Assembly: GCA_050251055.1 (NCBI GenBank)
Contig: JBFWNL010000002.1
Location: forward strand, 223,814-255,813
Length of the DNA stretch: 32,000 bases
Reading direction: 5' to 3'
Source of the DNA: Bacteriovoracia bacterium
GTDB taxonomy: Bacteria; Bdellovibrionota; UBA1018; JBFWNL01
Shown here: positions 1-8,378 of the stretch, in pieces
Layout of the letters: each line of letters starts with the position of its first letter
How positions within the stretch are numbered: position 1 is the stretch's first letter
Made by a program: the position numbers and the translations under genes
The notes under the pieces: model-generated
The model's database searches: none
What the model was told of the DNA's origin: nothing
The model's input: the letters and a program-made list of their open reading frames with translations, nothing else

Positions 1-1
1 C

Positions 2-1426
2 AATCCCGTGCAAACGCATGCGGTCGTTCGCAACAAGTTCAATACCCCCAACTACTCCGGAAGTCTGGGGGATTTGGCCTACGGTCACTATCTCTGGAAC
101 AGCACGAGCAATAACAACCAGCGGCCCACCTACCTCCCGGCGATTTGGGAAACCACCATCCCCACCCGATCCGGGGGAAGCGCGCCGATGACCAGCGTAC
201 TCAACAACGCCTTAATCTTTCGGGGCACGAGCATGCAGGCCGATGTCGGCCATGACATCGGACGCATTCTAGTTCCCCAGCCGGACTTATCCAAACCGAG
301 CGTCACCGGCATCGCCGCCGATAAGTTCGTCGAAGTCTCGCGGTATCTGGCGGCGAATTCCCAGATGCCTCTCTATCAAATTCCGGCCTTCGCCCAAGTT
401 TCGGCCAATGTGGAGCAAGGCCTGGGGTACAACTCCGCCTCCGGAACGGGTTTATATGTGGCGCGCGGCCGCGGTAGCTATGCCACCTGGCTACATAAGC
501 TTTTGGGGGGATTCAGCTTCGACAACCCGGCGATCAACCTCAACAACAAAGCCCTGATGGAACAATACATTTCGGCCGCCCTCCAAGAGCTAGGCGACTA
601 CCATAAGAGCGGAAAGCCCGGTGCGGCCAATCTGTACGACAGCTACCGAAACGCGGAAGATCTGTTCCGCCGTTCCTTCGGAAATCTGACCGACCAATGG
701 AACGCGCTCTACGCGAAGTACTTGGATCTGGCGAAACGCGCGGCCGCCAGCGTGCCCTACCTGATTCCCGCGGGTGGCACGGATCCTAACTCCGCCGGTT
801 TGAGCCACATGGCCACCGAGTTCGCGCTCATGGAGTTCATCCGCAGCAATGATCTGGTGGGCGTGACGACTTTCCACCGTCCCGGCACAATCGATACCGG
901 CACCTTCACCCACGATCTGGACGAGCACACCCAGGAAGGCCGTAACATGACCCGATCGGTGGTGGCGATGAACTACTGGATGCGCATGGTTGTCGCGATG
1001 ATTAACGAGTTTCGCACAGCCGTAGGCGCCACGCGCTGGGAGGACACCGTGGTCCAACTCGGTACCGAATTCGGTCGTGAACCCCGCTTTGCCCACACGG
1101 ACGGGAGCGAGCACGGACCAGATGCTTCGCATCTCCTAGCCTTCAGCGGAGCGATCCAGGAGTTCCAGTACGGCGGAAACGTTCAAAAAAATACGCAGCA
1201 AACCACCAACGGAACTACGTACAACCAAGGCTGCTACGGACGCTCGATTCCCGTCCAATACACCAACGACGTAGGCCAGCTGCTTACCGCCACGATCACT
1301 AACGAGCACATGGCCTCAACGATCGCGCGATTAGTCGGTGTGCCGTCACCGGTGACGGCAGCCTCGCTGGTGGAACAAGTAGGCGCGACGTTTAAACTTC
1401 GCACTGAATCTCCGAAAACCGTTTAG
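2..1426 (+). CDS. DUF1501/DUF1552-type sulfatase-fold (alkaline-phosphatase superfamily) protein; 5' end probably outside window
   Basis: The frame stays open from base 2, with no stop upstream of the GTG at 8, so the N-terminus likely lies off-window. The C-terminal third reads TFHRPGTIDTGTFTHDLDEH and VVQLGTEFGREPRFAHTDGSEHGPDASHLLAFSGAI. These resemble the DTH and GEFGRTP...GRDH...aGGG blocks I recall for DUF1501-type proteins. Stop TAG is at 1424-1426, 11 nt before the next gene. Confidence 0.6.
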   Translation, partial: NPVQTHAVVRNKFNTPNYSGSLGDLAYGHYLWNSTSNNNQRPTYLPAIWETTIPTRSGGSAPMTSVLNNALIFRGTSMQADVGHDIGRILVPQPDLSKPSVTGIAADKFVEVSRYLAANSQMPLYQIPAFAQVSANVEQGLGYNSASGTGLYVARGRGSYATWLHKLLGGFSFDNPAINLNNKALMEQYISAALQELGDYHKSGKPGAANLYDSYRNAEDLFRRSFGNLTDQWNALYAKYLDLAKRAAASVPYLIPAGGTDPNSAGLSHMATEFALMEFIRSNDLVGVTTFHRPGTIDTGTFTHDLDEHTQEGRNMTRSVVAMNYWMRMVVAMINEFRTAVGATRWEDTVVQLGTEFGREPRFAHTDGSEHGPDASHLLAFSGAIQEFQYGGNVQKNTQQTTNGTTYNQGCYGRSIPVQYTNDVGQLLTATITNEHMASTIARLVGVPSPVTAASLVEQVGATFKLRTESPKTV

Positions 1427-1437
1427 AGGAGTCGACG

Positions 1438-4400
1438 ATGAGTATCTTTAAAAAACTCCTCGTATTCACCCAAATCCTGGGCTGCGTAACCGCCGCTGGC
1501 CTCACCGCAGGTTGCGGCCAGGTGAAGCTCTACAACGCCCAACGCCAACTCGCGAACCTTCAACAAAATCGGCCTGACGCATCATTAGAAGAAGAGTTTC
1601 GCCAGATCATGGACAAGCGCTGCACGAACTGCCACCGCGCCGGGGGATCGGTGCCGACCTCCCCGCTGGACCGCTCCGTCACTCTTCAGGCCATGACCGA
1701 TTCCGGCATGATCTTTCCGGGTAACGCTCCCCGTTCGAAGGTCTTCAATCGCCTCATCGGCGCCGGCGGATTGAACCCCACGCTTGAAAACATGCCCATG
1801 GGATCGGGCGCCCTCCCCTACGCCGAAATGGTGACCATCCGTCAATTTATCGAATCGCTTGGCGATCCCAGCCTCGTACCTCAGCTGGATTGGATCAGCC
1901 CAGCCGTAGGCCAGCGCTCAACCAATCAGCTCACGATGCCGTTCGTCGTGAGCTGCACCCGCGGATTTCCGGTTTCCGTGACCGGCCCGGACATCGCGCC
2001 GATTCAAACCGATTGTCCGCCCGGGGGCCAAATCAGCGGGACGTTGATGTTCACGCACGGCGGGACCTATCCGGCCGCGATCTCTGCCAAGCAACGCGTC
2101 TACTCACTCAATCTTCAATCCGACATCTCGATTGCCTTCGACAACGTCGCGCCCGTCGTGACCACCGACTTCCAGGCCAACCAGCAAGTGCTCGCGAGCG
2201 TCACCGCCGCCGGCAACTGCACCACCGGCGACAGCCAAGTAAAAATCCAGATTATCGGCGGTGCCATGTTCCTGGGCAATTGCGCGGCTGGACGCTACTC
2301 CATTCCCGTCACGTTCACCGCGCCCGACGGCAACAAAGATCTCGAAATCACTCAAACCGATGCCCTCCAAAACCAGGGCCGGGTCACTATTCGCCTCGTG
2401 CGTAACACCGCCGTCCCGCTCGTGACGATCACCCAGCCCGTAAACGGGCTGCGCACCCGCGTGGCTAACCAGCAGGTCCGCGGCGCGTGCGACCAAGCCA
2501 CTGTACGCGTGATTAGCTCCCGCATCATGGGATCACCCCAAGCGGGAAATTGCGTAAACGGGACATATAATGTCCCGGTGACTTTTCTGAGCCCCGATGG
2601 GCCCGTGGATATTCGCGTCGAATCGACCAACTCGCCCGGCACCGTGGGCTTTGCCCTGGGAAGTTACTTTCTAGACACGACCCCTCCGGCCGTGGTCGTT
2701 CAAGCCCCGCTCAGTGGAGCCACCGTTCCGACGACTACGGTCGCATTTGACGTGCTCTGTGAATCAGGCCGTAACGTCGATCTCTCGAGCTCGAACTCTG
2801 GTCTGGTTACTCCGAACGTCGTACTCTGCCCGGCCACAGGGCGCGCGCAGTTCAATGTCACGCTCTCGAGTATCCCTGGCGCCAAGAACATTCAAGTCGC
2901 GCAGACGGACGAGGCGCAAAACGTGACGCAGATCCCGCTTACGATCAACTACCAGCCTCCGCCTGCCCAGATGTTGGCCATTCTCTCTCCCGTGACGGGA
3001 ACGAGTTTCAATCAGGTTTCGATCCCCGCGCAAATTCGTTGCTCGACGAACGCGGGCGATGGGAACGTTACCGTTTCGGGCACGCGTATCACCAGTCTGA
3101 GCGCAGTCTGTCCGACCGGCGGCGTCTGGTCGGTTAACCTCACCGCGCAGCCGGGCGAGTACCAGAACTCGCCAATCAATGCCGCCCAGACGATCTCCGG
3201 CACGGGCCAGAACGTTTCCGTGCAATTTAGCATGGACACCACGCCACCTTCACTCACCACGACGTTGGTAAACGGTCAGCGGGTGCAACGCACTATCAAC
3301 GTGCAGGGAACTTGCTCGGAAAATGGCCGCGCCGTCACCGTGTCGGGAGATCTGATGAACACCATCAATACGAGCTGCAGTAACGGCAGCTACACCGCCG
3401 CCGTCACTCTGAGTGGATCTGACGGAAACAAGTATCTTTCGATCGAGCACCGAGACGCGGCGACGAACCCGACCGTGATCACCCGTCAAGTGATCCTAGA
3501 CACTATCCCGCCGGTGCTCACTATTGCGAGCCCGGCCCCCGGTAGTATCGTATCGTCGGCGAGCATCACCGTTACCGGCACCTGCGAAACCGGTCTCACG
3601 GTGAGCCTGGCGGGTAACATCAACGCGGCCCCGCAGACCACTACGTGCGCGGCCGGCACTTTTAGTAAGGCCGTGGCGCTCTCAGGCGGCGACGGCCCTA
3701 AACAAATCAACGCCTTTAGCGTCGATGGTGCGAATAATCGTACGGATGTGAACTTAAACCTCACGCTCGACGCCAGCGCTCCCAACGTAGTAATCACCAC
3801 CCCCGTGGAGGGCAGCTACCAGAACACCGCCGCCGTCAGTATCACTGGCACCTGCGAAAGTCCGATCCCAGTCGTCATTTCGGGCGGCCTCACTCAGACC
3901 TACAGCGCAGCCTGTAACGGTAATACATTTTCACAAGTGGCAACGCTGAGCGGGGGAGATGGTCCCAAAACCATCACCGCACGCCAAACCGACGGAGCAA
4001 ATAACGTCGGACAAAACTCGGTGACGGTAAACCTCGACACCCTGAATCCGGTCTTCGTCATCACCTTCCCCGCCAATAACGGCGATGTCGCCCCGCCTAC
4101 CCTAACCGTCACGGGCACCTGCGAAAACGGAAACCTACTAACGGTCACGGCCGCCGGCACCAGCGGATCGGTAACCTGCGCGGGCGGCGCCTTCTCGCGG
4201 GCCTTCGATATCTCGGCGATCCCATTCGGATTCTATCAGCTATCGGTAACCGCGCGCGATCAAGCGCTAAACATGAGCTCGCAGACGATCCCGTACTTTC
4301 GACTGCCCAACAACCCCACCAGTCCGTTCGGCAAGGCCCAACGTGTGATGGGCCGCTACTGTATGGGGTGCCACATGGAAATGGCGACCAACACCGAGGC

Positions 4401-5295
4401 CCAATACGTGGCTCCGCGCGTGATTCCCGGCAACCCGAACCAGAGTACGCTCACCATGCGCACCCGCTTTAGTCCCACCGGCGGGGCAAGTTCCACCATG
4501 CCTCTTAACCCCACTCTCTACAACGCGTTCACTCAGTCCGACTATAACGACCTGGCGAACTGGATCACCAACTACAGTGGTGGCGGAAGCGGCGGAAGTG
4601 GAGGTGGTGGTACCGGAACCACGGTTGCTACCGTACCCGGTGAGAAGTTGATCCTGATGGACCGATTTGCCCTGAAAAGTAAGCTTTCGAATATCTACGG
4701 CATCGCCACCGGTTCGGCCTATGGTAACGGACTCAATCCCGCCGACCGCTTGCTCGCGCAGGTCTCGATTTTCGGAGGGCCGTGCGACGCCACGAACATT
4801 TCTTACAGCAGTGCCGTCGCTAACGGAAACGTAATGGAGACCGCCCTCGCCCTCGACTCGGGAAAATGCGGCTACCAAGATTCCTACCCCGGACGTTATA
4901 GCATCGTCGACAATGAAGACCGTCGTGCGGCTACGCGTCCAATCTCGTTTCCTCCCCGCGAAGGCTTTCGTATCAAGTCGTGTTGGGACATCGGTTACAA
5001 GGACGGGGAATCAGTCTTCAACGACTACCTCAAGAACGCCATCAGCAACGCGACCGGAGTAGCGGTCGCGAGCATCGCCAACCACGTAAATACGAATCCC
5101 GTACCCAACGACGCCGAAATCCGTGCGGCCTATGAAATGTTCTATCCCCAAGGCGATCTGCCGACGGCTGCGCTCGATAAGCTGAAAACCGTAGCCACCC
5201 AGGCAAATTCCAGGTTCGGTTCAACCCGTAAATGGGAGGCATGGCGCTACTTACTCACCACCCTCTGCTTAAGTCCCGAATGGCAAGCGCAATAA
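1438..5295 (+). CDS. 1285-aa lipoprotein: CXXCH cytochrome-like module, about nine two-Cys Ig-like modules, second CXXCH module, C-terminal domain
   Basis: ATG 1438 lies 6 nt after GAGGAG (1426-1431). The lipobox is LTAG|C (Cys26). CTNCH is at 1621-1635 and CMGCH at 4360-4374, each followed by a PGN(A/P)..S block as in Planctomycete-type cytochrome-c-like (PSCyt) modules. Between them are about 90-aa modules that start D(T/A)xxP and carry two Cys (for example VTGTCE...C). A Gly/Ser linker SGGGSGGSGGGGTGTT sits at 4576-4623. The C-terminus ends LSPEWQAQ. Confidence 0.85.
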   Translation: MSIFKKLLVFTQILGCVTAAGLTAGCGQVKLYNAQRQLANLQQNRPDASLEEEFRQIMDKRCTNCHRAGGSVPTSPLDRSVTLQAMTDSGMIFPGNAPRSKVFNRLIGAGGLNPTLENMPMGSGALPYAEMVTIRQFIESLGDPSLVPQLDWISPAVGQRSTNQLTMPFVVSCTRGFPVSVTGPDIAPIQTDCPPGGQISGTLMFTHGGTYPAAISAKQRVYSLNLQSDISIAFDNVAPVVTTDFQANQQVLASVTAAGNCTTGDSQVKIQIIGGAMFLGNCAAGRYSIPVTFTAPDGNKDLEITQTDALQNQGRVTIRLVRNTAVPLVTITQPVNGLRTRVANQQVRGACDQATVRVISSRIMGSPQAGNCVNGTYNVPVTFLSPDGPVDIRVESTNSPGTVGFALGSYFLDTTPPAVVVQAPLSGATVPTTTVAFDVLCESGRNVDLSSSNSGLVTPNVVLCPATGRAQFNVTLSSIPGAKNIQVAQTDEAQNVTQIPLTINYQPPPAQMLAILSPVTGTSFNQVSIPAQIRCSTNAGDGNVTVSGTRITSLSAVCPTGGVWSVNLTAQPGEYQNSPINAAQTISGTGQNVSVQFSMDTTPPSLTTTLVNGQRVQRTINVQGTCSENGRAVTVSGDLMNTINTSCSNGSYTAAVTLSGSDGNKYLSIEHRDAATNPTVITRQVILDTIPPVLTIASPAPGSIVSSASITVTGTCETGLTVSLAGNINAAPQTTTCAAGTFSKAVALSGGDGPKQINAFSVDGANNRTDVNLNLTLDASAPNVVITTPVEGSYQNTAAVSITGTCESPIPVVISGGLTQTYSAACNGNTFSQVATLSGGDGPKTITARQTDGANNVGQNSVTVNLDTLNPVFVITFPANNGDVAPPTLTVTGTCENGNLLTVTAAGTSGSVTCAGGAFSRAFDISAIPFGFYQLSVTARDQALNMSSQTIPYFRLPNNPTSPFGKAQRVMGRYCMGCHMEMATNTEAQYVAPRVIPGNPNQSTLTMRTRFSPTGGASSTMPLNPTLYNAFTQSDYNDLANWITNYSGGGSGGSGGGGTGTTVATVPGEKLILMDRFALKSKLSNIYGIATGSAYGNGLNPADRLLAQVSIFGGPCDATNISYSSAVANGNVMETALALDSGKCGYQDSYPGRYSIVDNEDRRAATRPISFPPREGFRIKSCWDIGYKDGESVFNDYLKNAISNATGVAVASIANHVNTNPVPNDAEIRAAYEMFYPQGDLPTAALDKLKTVATQANSRFGSTRKWEAWRYLLTTLCLSPEWQAQ
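1888..4305 (+). repeat. Intragenic array of about 9 tandem Ig-like modules (about 90 aa, 267-270 nt each)
   Basis: Module starts recur as DNVAPV, NTAVPL, DTTPPA, QPPPAQ, DTTPPS, DTIPPV (3499), DASAPN (3769) and DTLNPV (4036). The 13-mer GGCACCTGCGAAA recurs at 3577, 3847 and 4114, giving spacings of 270 and 267 nt. Each module holds two conserved Cys. Confidence 0.8.
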
Positions 5296-5455
5296 AACGG
5301 TATCTGCCGTTAGACGCGCGGGGAGAAGGGATAAAAAAACCTCTCGGCTCACATAGCAGCTCCTTGGACAACGCCCACGATACGGGCTTTTAGCAAGCCA
5401 TCGTTCGCGCAAATCCCAGTTGACGATTTCACTCCCTATCAAAGACAATTCAGGG

Positions 5456-6223
5456 ATGTTCCGACATCGACTCCAAAAAGCCCGAACCATTCGGGTGCAT
5501 GTGGACTGGCTAATATTGAGCTTCATTGCCGGATGCGTGAACGCGGGGGGGTTCCTGGGTGCGCATCGATTCGTAAGTCACGTCACGGGATTCGCGACCT
5601 TGTTCGGCGCCGAGGCTGCACGTGGGAAGTGGGACCAAGCGATCGGCATCCTCTCCGTCCCGGCTTTCTTCCTGCTGGGTGTGATCGTTTCCGCCTACCT
5701 CGTGGACAACCGTGTTCATCGGGGAAAGCGGCCGCACTACGCCACGGTCATGGCCCTGGTCTGCAGCTGCATGCTCGTTGCGGCGATCGGAGGACGTTTC
5801 CACTGGTTCGGCGAGTTCGGTAGCGAGCCCAAACTGAGCGCCGACTACTTCTTCTTGGCGCTGCTTTGCGCGGCCAGCGGTTTGCAGAACGCCGCGATTT
5901 CCAGCGCGTCCGGCGCCACCGTACGCACGACCCATCTAACGGGACTCACGACTGACCTGGGCATCGGATTCGTGCGCGCCCTTACGGACCGCGACCAATA
6001 CCGCGCCGAAATGCGCGCCACCCAGCACCGACTCGGCATGATCGCCACCTTCGCCAGCGGATCGGCGGTCGCCTCCTACGCTTTCTTAAAAGTGGCTTTC
6101 CTGGGATTTCTGCTGCCGGCGGGACTGGCCGCCTATCTGTTTTTCGAGGCGCTCGCCCCCTATCGGAGATTGCGCCGTTTACGCCGGGCTCAGTCCACGC
6201 AAAGCGCGGTCAAGTCTTTATAG
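5456..6223 (+). CDS. DUF1275 (YoaK-family) integral membrane protein
   Basis: LILSFIAGCVNAGGFLGAHRFVSHVTGFATLFG matches the DUF1275/YoaK N-terminal signature (aG.v...gf....fvshmTG). Several hydrophobic helices follow. The start is ambiguous: ATG 5456 (used here) or TTG 5420 from the ORF track. Confidence 0.8.
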   Translation: MFRHRLQKARTIRVHVDWLILSFIAGCVNAGGFLGAHRFVSHVTGFATLFGAEAARGKWDQAIGILSVPAFFLLGVIVSAYLVDNRVHRGKRPHYATVMALVCSCMLVAAIGGRFHWFGEFGSEPKLSADYFFLALLCAASGLQNAAISSASGATVRTTHLTGLTTDLGIGFVRALTDRDQYRAEMRATQHRLGMIATFASGSAVASYAFLKVAFLGFLLPAGLAAYLFFEALAPYRRLRRLRRAQSTQSAVKSL

Positions 6224-7476
6224 CTGTTTCCTTCGGCGCACCAGCTCCCAGAAACCGACCCGCACCCCGAACCGTCCAGGTACTTGCCTCCCATGTATTG
6301 AAAAACGTTGTTGAGCTTAGCGCAGTTCGACGGCCGTGAGTTTGCTCCGCAAACTTGCCGGGAGATCTCCAGCATCGGGTTCCCACCGTCCCGAATACCC
6401 ACATCCCGGCATTTCGCGTCCGAATAGTCTCCGTTGACGGTGCTGTTGCAAGCTACACCCAAGTCGTCCGCTTGACAGGCGGCCAGGAGATTCACGTCGG
6501 ACATGATCCCCTGCACGGGAAGCAGGTAGAAGTCATGGTCTTTATATCGGACGAAGAGATCCGCGGAGGGGGCATTCACGAAAACCATCCCTAGCTGACT
6601 CGCCATCTCGGTTGAAAAGGGCAAGACCGTACGTTTACTGTACTTGGAGTCCTTCCAAGTAACGCCCTTCGCTTGAACGCGGGTCAAATCGGCGTTCAGA
6701 AAATTCGATCCCGTGAAGTCAGCCCGATCCAAAACCGCGTCTTGCAGCACGGCTCGCTTGAAATTAGCCCTCGTAAACACGGCGGAGGTCAAATCGGCTT
6801 TCTCCAAGCGAGCCTTGGTGAAATCGATTTGGTCGCCGCGAGTATCACCCAAACGGGTGTTTTGCAGCAAAGCGTCTTTGAAAACCGCCCCGGTAAGGTC
6901 CGCTCCCTGCAGATCCGCTTCGACCAAAGTCGCCTGGGCAAAGTTCACCCTTTTGAACTGATTGCCCGACAGCTCGGCACCGTTGAGTTTGACCGCGAAG
7001 AAGTTCGCCTCGCTAAAGTCAGTCCGTGAAGACCTGACTAGCGAAAGATCCGATTCACGAAAGTCCGCGCGGACAAAGCGGGCTCCGTCGATTTGGGCGC
7101 CGGCGAACTGCACCCGCTTCATCGTGGCTTGCGTGAAATTAGTACGAACGAGCTTTGCATCGGTGAAGTCCGTGCCCGAGAGTATCGCGCCATCGAAGGC
7201 GGCTCCTTGCAGATTGGCCTTTTGGAAATCCGTTTTTTGCAAATCGGCCGAAGAAAACTGCGAGCCGCTCATGTCGACGCCGGCGAAACTAAAACGCCCG
7301 AGAACCACGCCGCGAAAATCCGAGCACTGACCAATATAAGTCGTATTCAGACCCGGCTCACCCTTCGCGTTCACGCACTTTCCGTCGGATGAATACCGAA
7401 ACCCAAGGTCACCCGCGAAAGAATTGATCGCCAAGAGCCAAATCCCACCCATCAGCAGCCCGAAACCTTTTTTCAT
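6190..7476 (-). CDS. Secreted pentapeptide-repeat protein with Cys-rich C-terminal domain (428 aa)
   Basis: Internal ATG 7476 gives the signal peptide MKKGFGLLMGGIWLLAINSFAG and lies downstream of GGGAGAGAGGA. Residues 52-275 are continuous A(D/N)LxX-type pentapeptides (ADLQKTDFQKANLQGAAFDGAILSGTDFTDAKL...). The last 100 aa or so contain 8 Cys. Confidence 0.9.
   Translation of the reverse strand: MKKGFGLLMGGIWLLAINSFAGDLGFRYSSDGKCVNAKGEPGLNTTYIGQCSDFRGVVLGRFSFAGVDMSGSQFSSADLQKTDFQKANLQGAAFDGAILSGTDFTDAKLVRTNFTQATMKRVQFAGAQIDGARFVRADFRESDLSLVRSSRTDFSEANFFAVKLNGAELSGNQFKRVNFAQATLVEADLQGADLTGAVFKDALLQNTRLGDTRGDQIDFTKARLEKADLTSAVFTRANFKRAVLQDAVLDRADFTGSNFLNADLTRVQAKGVTWKDSKYSKRTVLPFSTEMASQLGMVFVNAPSADLFVRYKDHDFYLLPVQGIMSDVNLLAACQADDLGVACNSTVNGDYSDAKCRDVGIRDGGNPMLEISRQVCGANSRPSNCAKLNNVFQYMGGKYLDGSGCGSVSGSWCAEGNSYKDLTALCVD
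6652..7323 (-). repeat. Pentapeptide-repeat coding tract (about 45 five-residue units)
   Basis: A 15-nt periodic coding repeat is visible in the translated sequence. It also explains the long antisense ORFs across the same interval. Confidence 0.85.
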
Positions 7477-7593
7477 GACAACATTAGAACATCCTCTCTC
7501 CCTATCGTCCATCACGGGGAGTAGCAGTATCCCGACGGTTTTGGTTTGAATAAAAACACAATAAAAACAGATATATACTTAAAACTTGACTAA

Positions 7594-7611
7594 ATAAGTT
7601 AGATAACTTAT
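7594..7611. promoter_or_regulatory. AT-rich palindrome ATAAGTTA-GA-TAACTTAT in a divergent promoter region; candidate operator
   Basis: The arms are 8 bp around a 2-nt centre. It sits just downstream of a TTGACT hexamer (7586-7591) in the 179-bp gap between the pentapeptide gene (-) and the protease operon (+). GGAGG at 7646-7650 precedes ATG 7656. Confidence 0.3.
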
Positions 7612-7655
7612 CTCCACCTTACTGAAATCCGAGTACATCGGTTCGTGGAGGTCAG

Positions 7656-8378
7656 ATGATGCGGTTTTTGAATGGTTTAGCCTTGGGTGCTTTAGCGGCG
7701 GCCTTAAATACGCCAACCGCACAAGCGGCCAAACCCGAAGTATTGGTGAAGAGCAGCTCGCATATGTTGCTGGGGCAGCCCGGCGGAGCAAAGCTGACGA
7801 TCAAAGTCGACACGCCGTACTCCCAAGTCCAACGCGAGATCAAGCGGAACTTTCTGACGCTCCTTCAAAGCTTGCCACGCGTGGCGCGTTCTCAGGTTTT
7901 TACCGAAGAGAAGCTAACTCCCACTTCGCAATCCAACGACGAACAGACGATCGCCGGCGCCCACACGCTGCTCATGCGCTTCGCCGACTCCCAGCTCATG
8001 CCGGAGTCGCTCTTTACCCTGAACGAAGAACGTCTCGAGTGCAAAGCCAAAACGGATTGCGATGCCCACGTCGAGCTTTCCCTGCAAGGTCCGGTGAAAT
8101 CGTACGCGGAGAAGATCGAAGCCCGTCCCATACAGAATCTAAACGGCAGCTTCACCCTGACCACCGGGGCGGAGCCTATCGACGCCAAAGACGTAACCAA
8201 GGGAACGACGATTTTTCTTTCCTTGCGCTTCCATGATGTCCGCTACTTGCATTTCCTCGCCGGATTGGTCGAGAAGAAGCAGCTAAAAACCCTGCCCACG
8301 GTCGATGAGCTCAACACGGGCTTCCTGATCTGGGCGAAATCCGCCGCGCCCCGCCTGGCGGCCGGAGGTGGCCAATGA
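7656..8378 (+). CDS. Hypothetical exported protein (240 aa), first gene of the S8 operon
   Basis: GGAGG RBS is present. The signal peptide is MMRFLNGLALGALAAALNTPTAQA|AKP. The stop overlaps the next start (ATGA at 8375-8378). I recognise no family motif. Confidence 0.7.
   Translation: MMRFLNGLALGALAAALNTPTAQAAKPEVLVKSSSHMLLGQPGGAKLTIKVDTPYSQVQREIKRNFLTLLQSLPRVARSQVFTEEKLTPTSQSNDEQTIAGAHTLLMRFADSQLMPESLFTLNEERLECKAKTDCDAHVELSLQGPVKSYAEKIEARPIQNLNGSFTLTTGAEPIDAKDVTKGTTIFLSLRFHDVRYLHFLAGLVEKKQLKTLPTVDELNTGFLIWAKSAAPRLAAGGGQ

Noticed and set aside
590-1132. 180-aa minus-strand ORF inside the first gene
   Set aside because: It is antisense to the DUF1501-type frame. It is His/Arg/Gly-rich, with no start context.
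1888-4305. Regular 267-270-nt periodicity considered as a CRISPR array or non-coding VNTR
   Set aside because: The repeats are in-frame protein modules within one long ORF. Most copies are diverged at the nucleotide level, and there is no short repeat/spacer structure.
1621-4374. Calling the 1285-aa protein a multihaem c-type cytochrome
   Set aside because: There are only two CXXCH motifs in 1285 residues, in a PSCyt-like context where haem attachment is unproven. I kept 'cytochrome-like module' only.
4576-4623. GGN/AGY-rich low-complexity stretch
   Set aside because: It encodes an in-frame Gly/Ser/Thr interdomain linker (SGGGSGGSGGGGTGTT). It is not a microsatellite or a slippery site.
5296-5311. 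AACGG-TATCTG-CCGTT hairpin right after the giant lipoprotein stop; likewise CGAGC-ACTC-GCTCG at 11435-11448
   Set aside because: The stems are only 5 bp with no U-tract, which is too weak to call terminators.
6673-7392. Four plus-strand ORFs (82-122 aa) opposite the pentapeptide-repeat gene
   Set aside because: The 15-nt periodic repeat keeps antisense frames open. Their translations are themselves low-complexity echoes (SxKSA/RxK) with no start-site signals.
7656-8378. Possibility that the 240-aa protein upstream of the proteases is a bacterial gasdermin-like pore former activated by the adjacent protease
   Set aside because: The size and the protease neighbourhood fit. However, it has a cleavable-looking signal peptide and both proteases are themselves exported. 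Known bacterial gasdermin systems are cytoplasmic, and I see no gasdermin-like sequence features.
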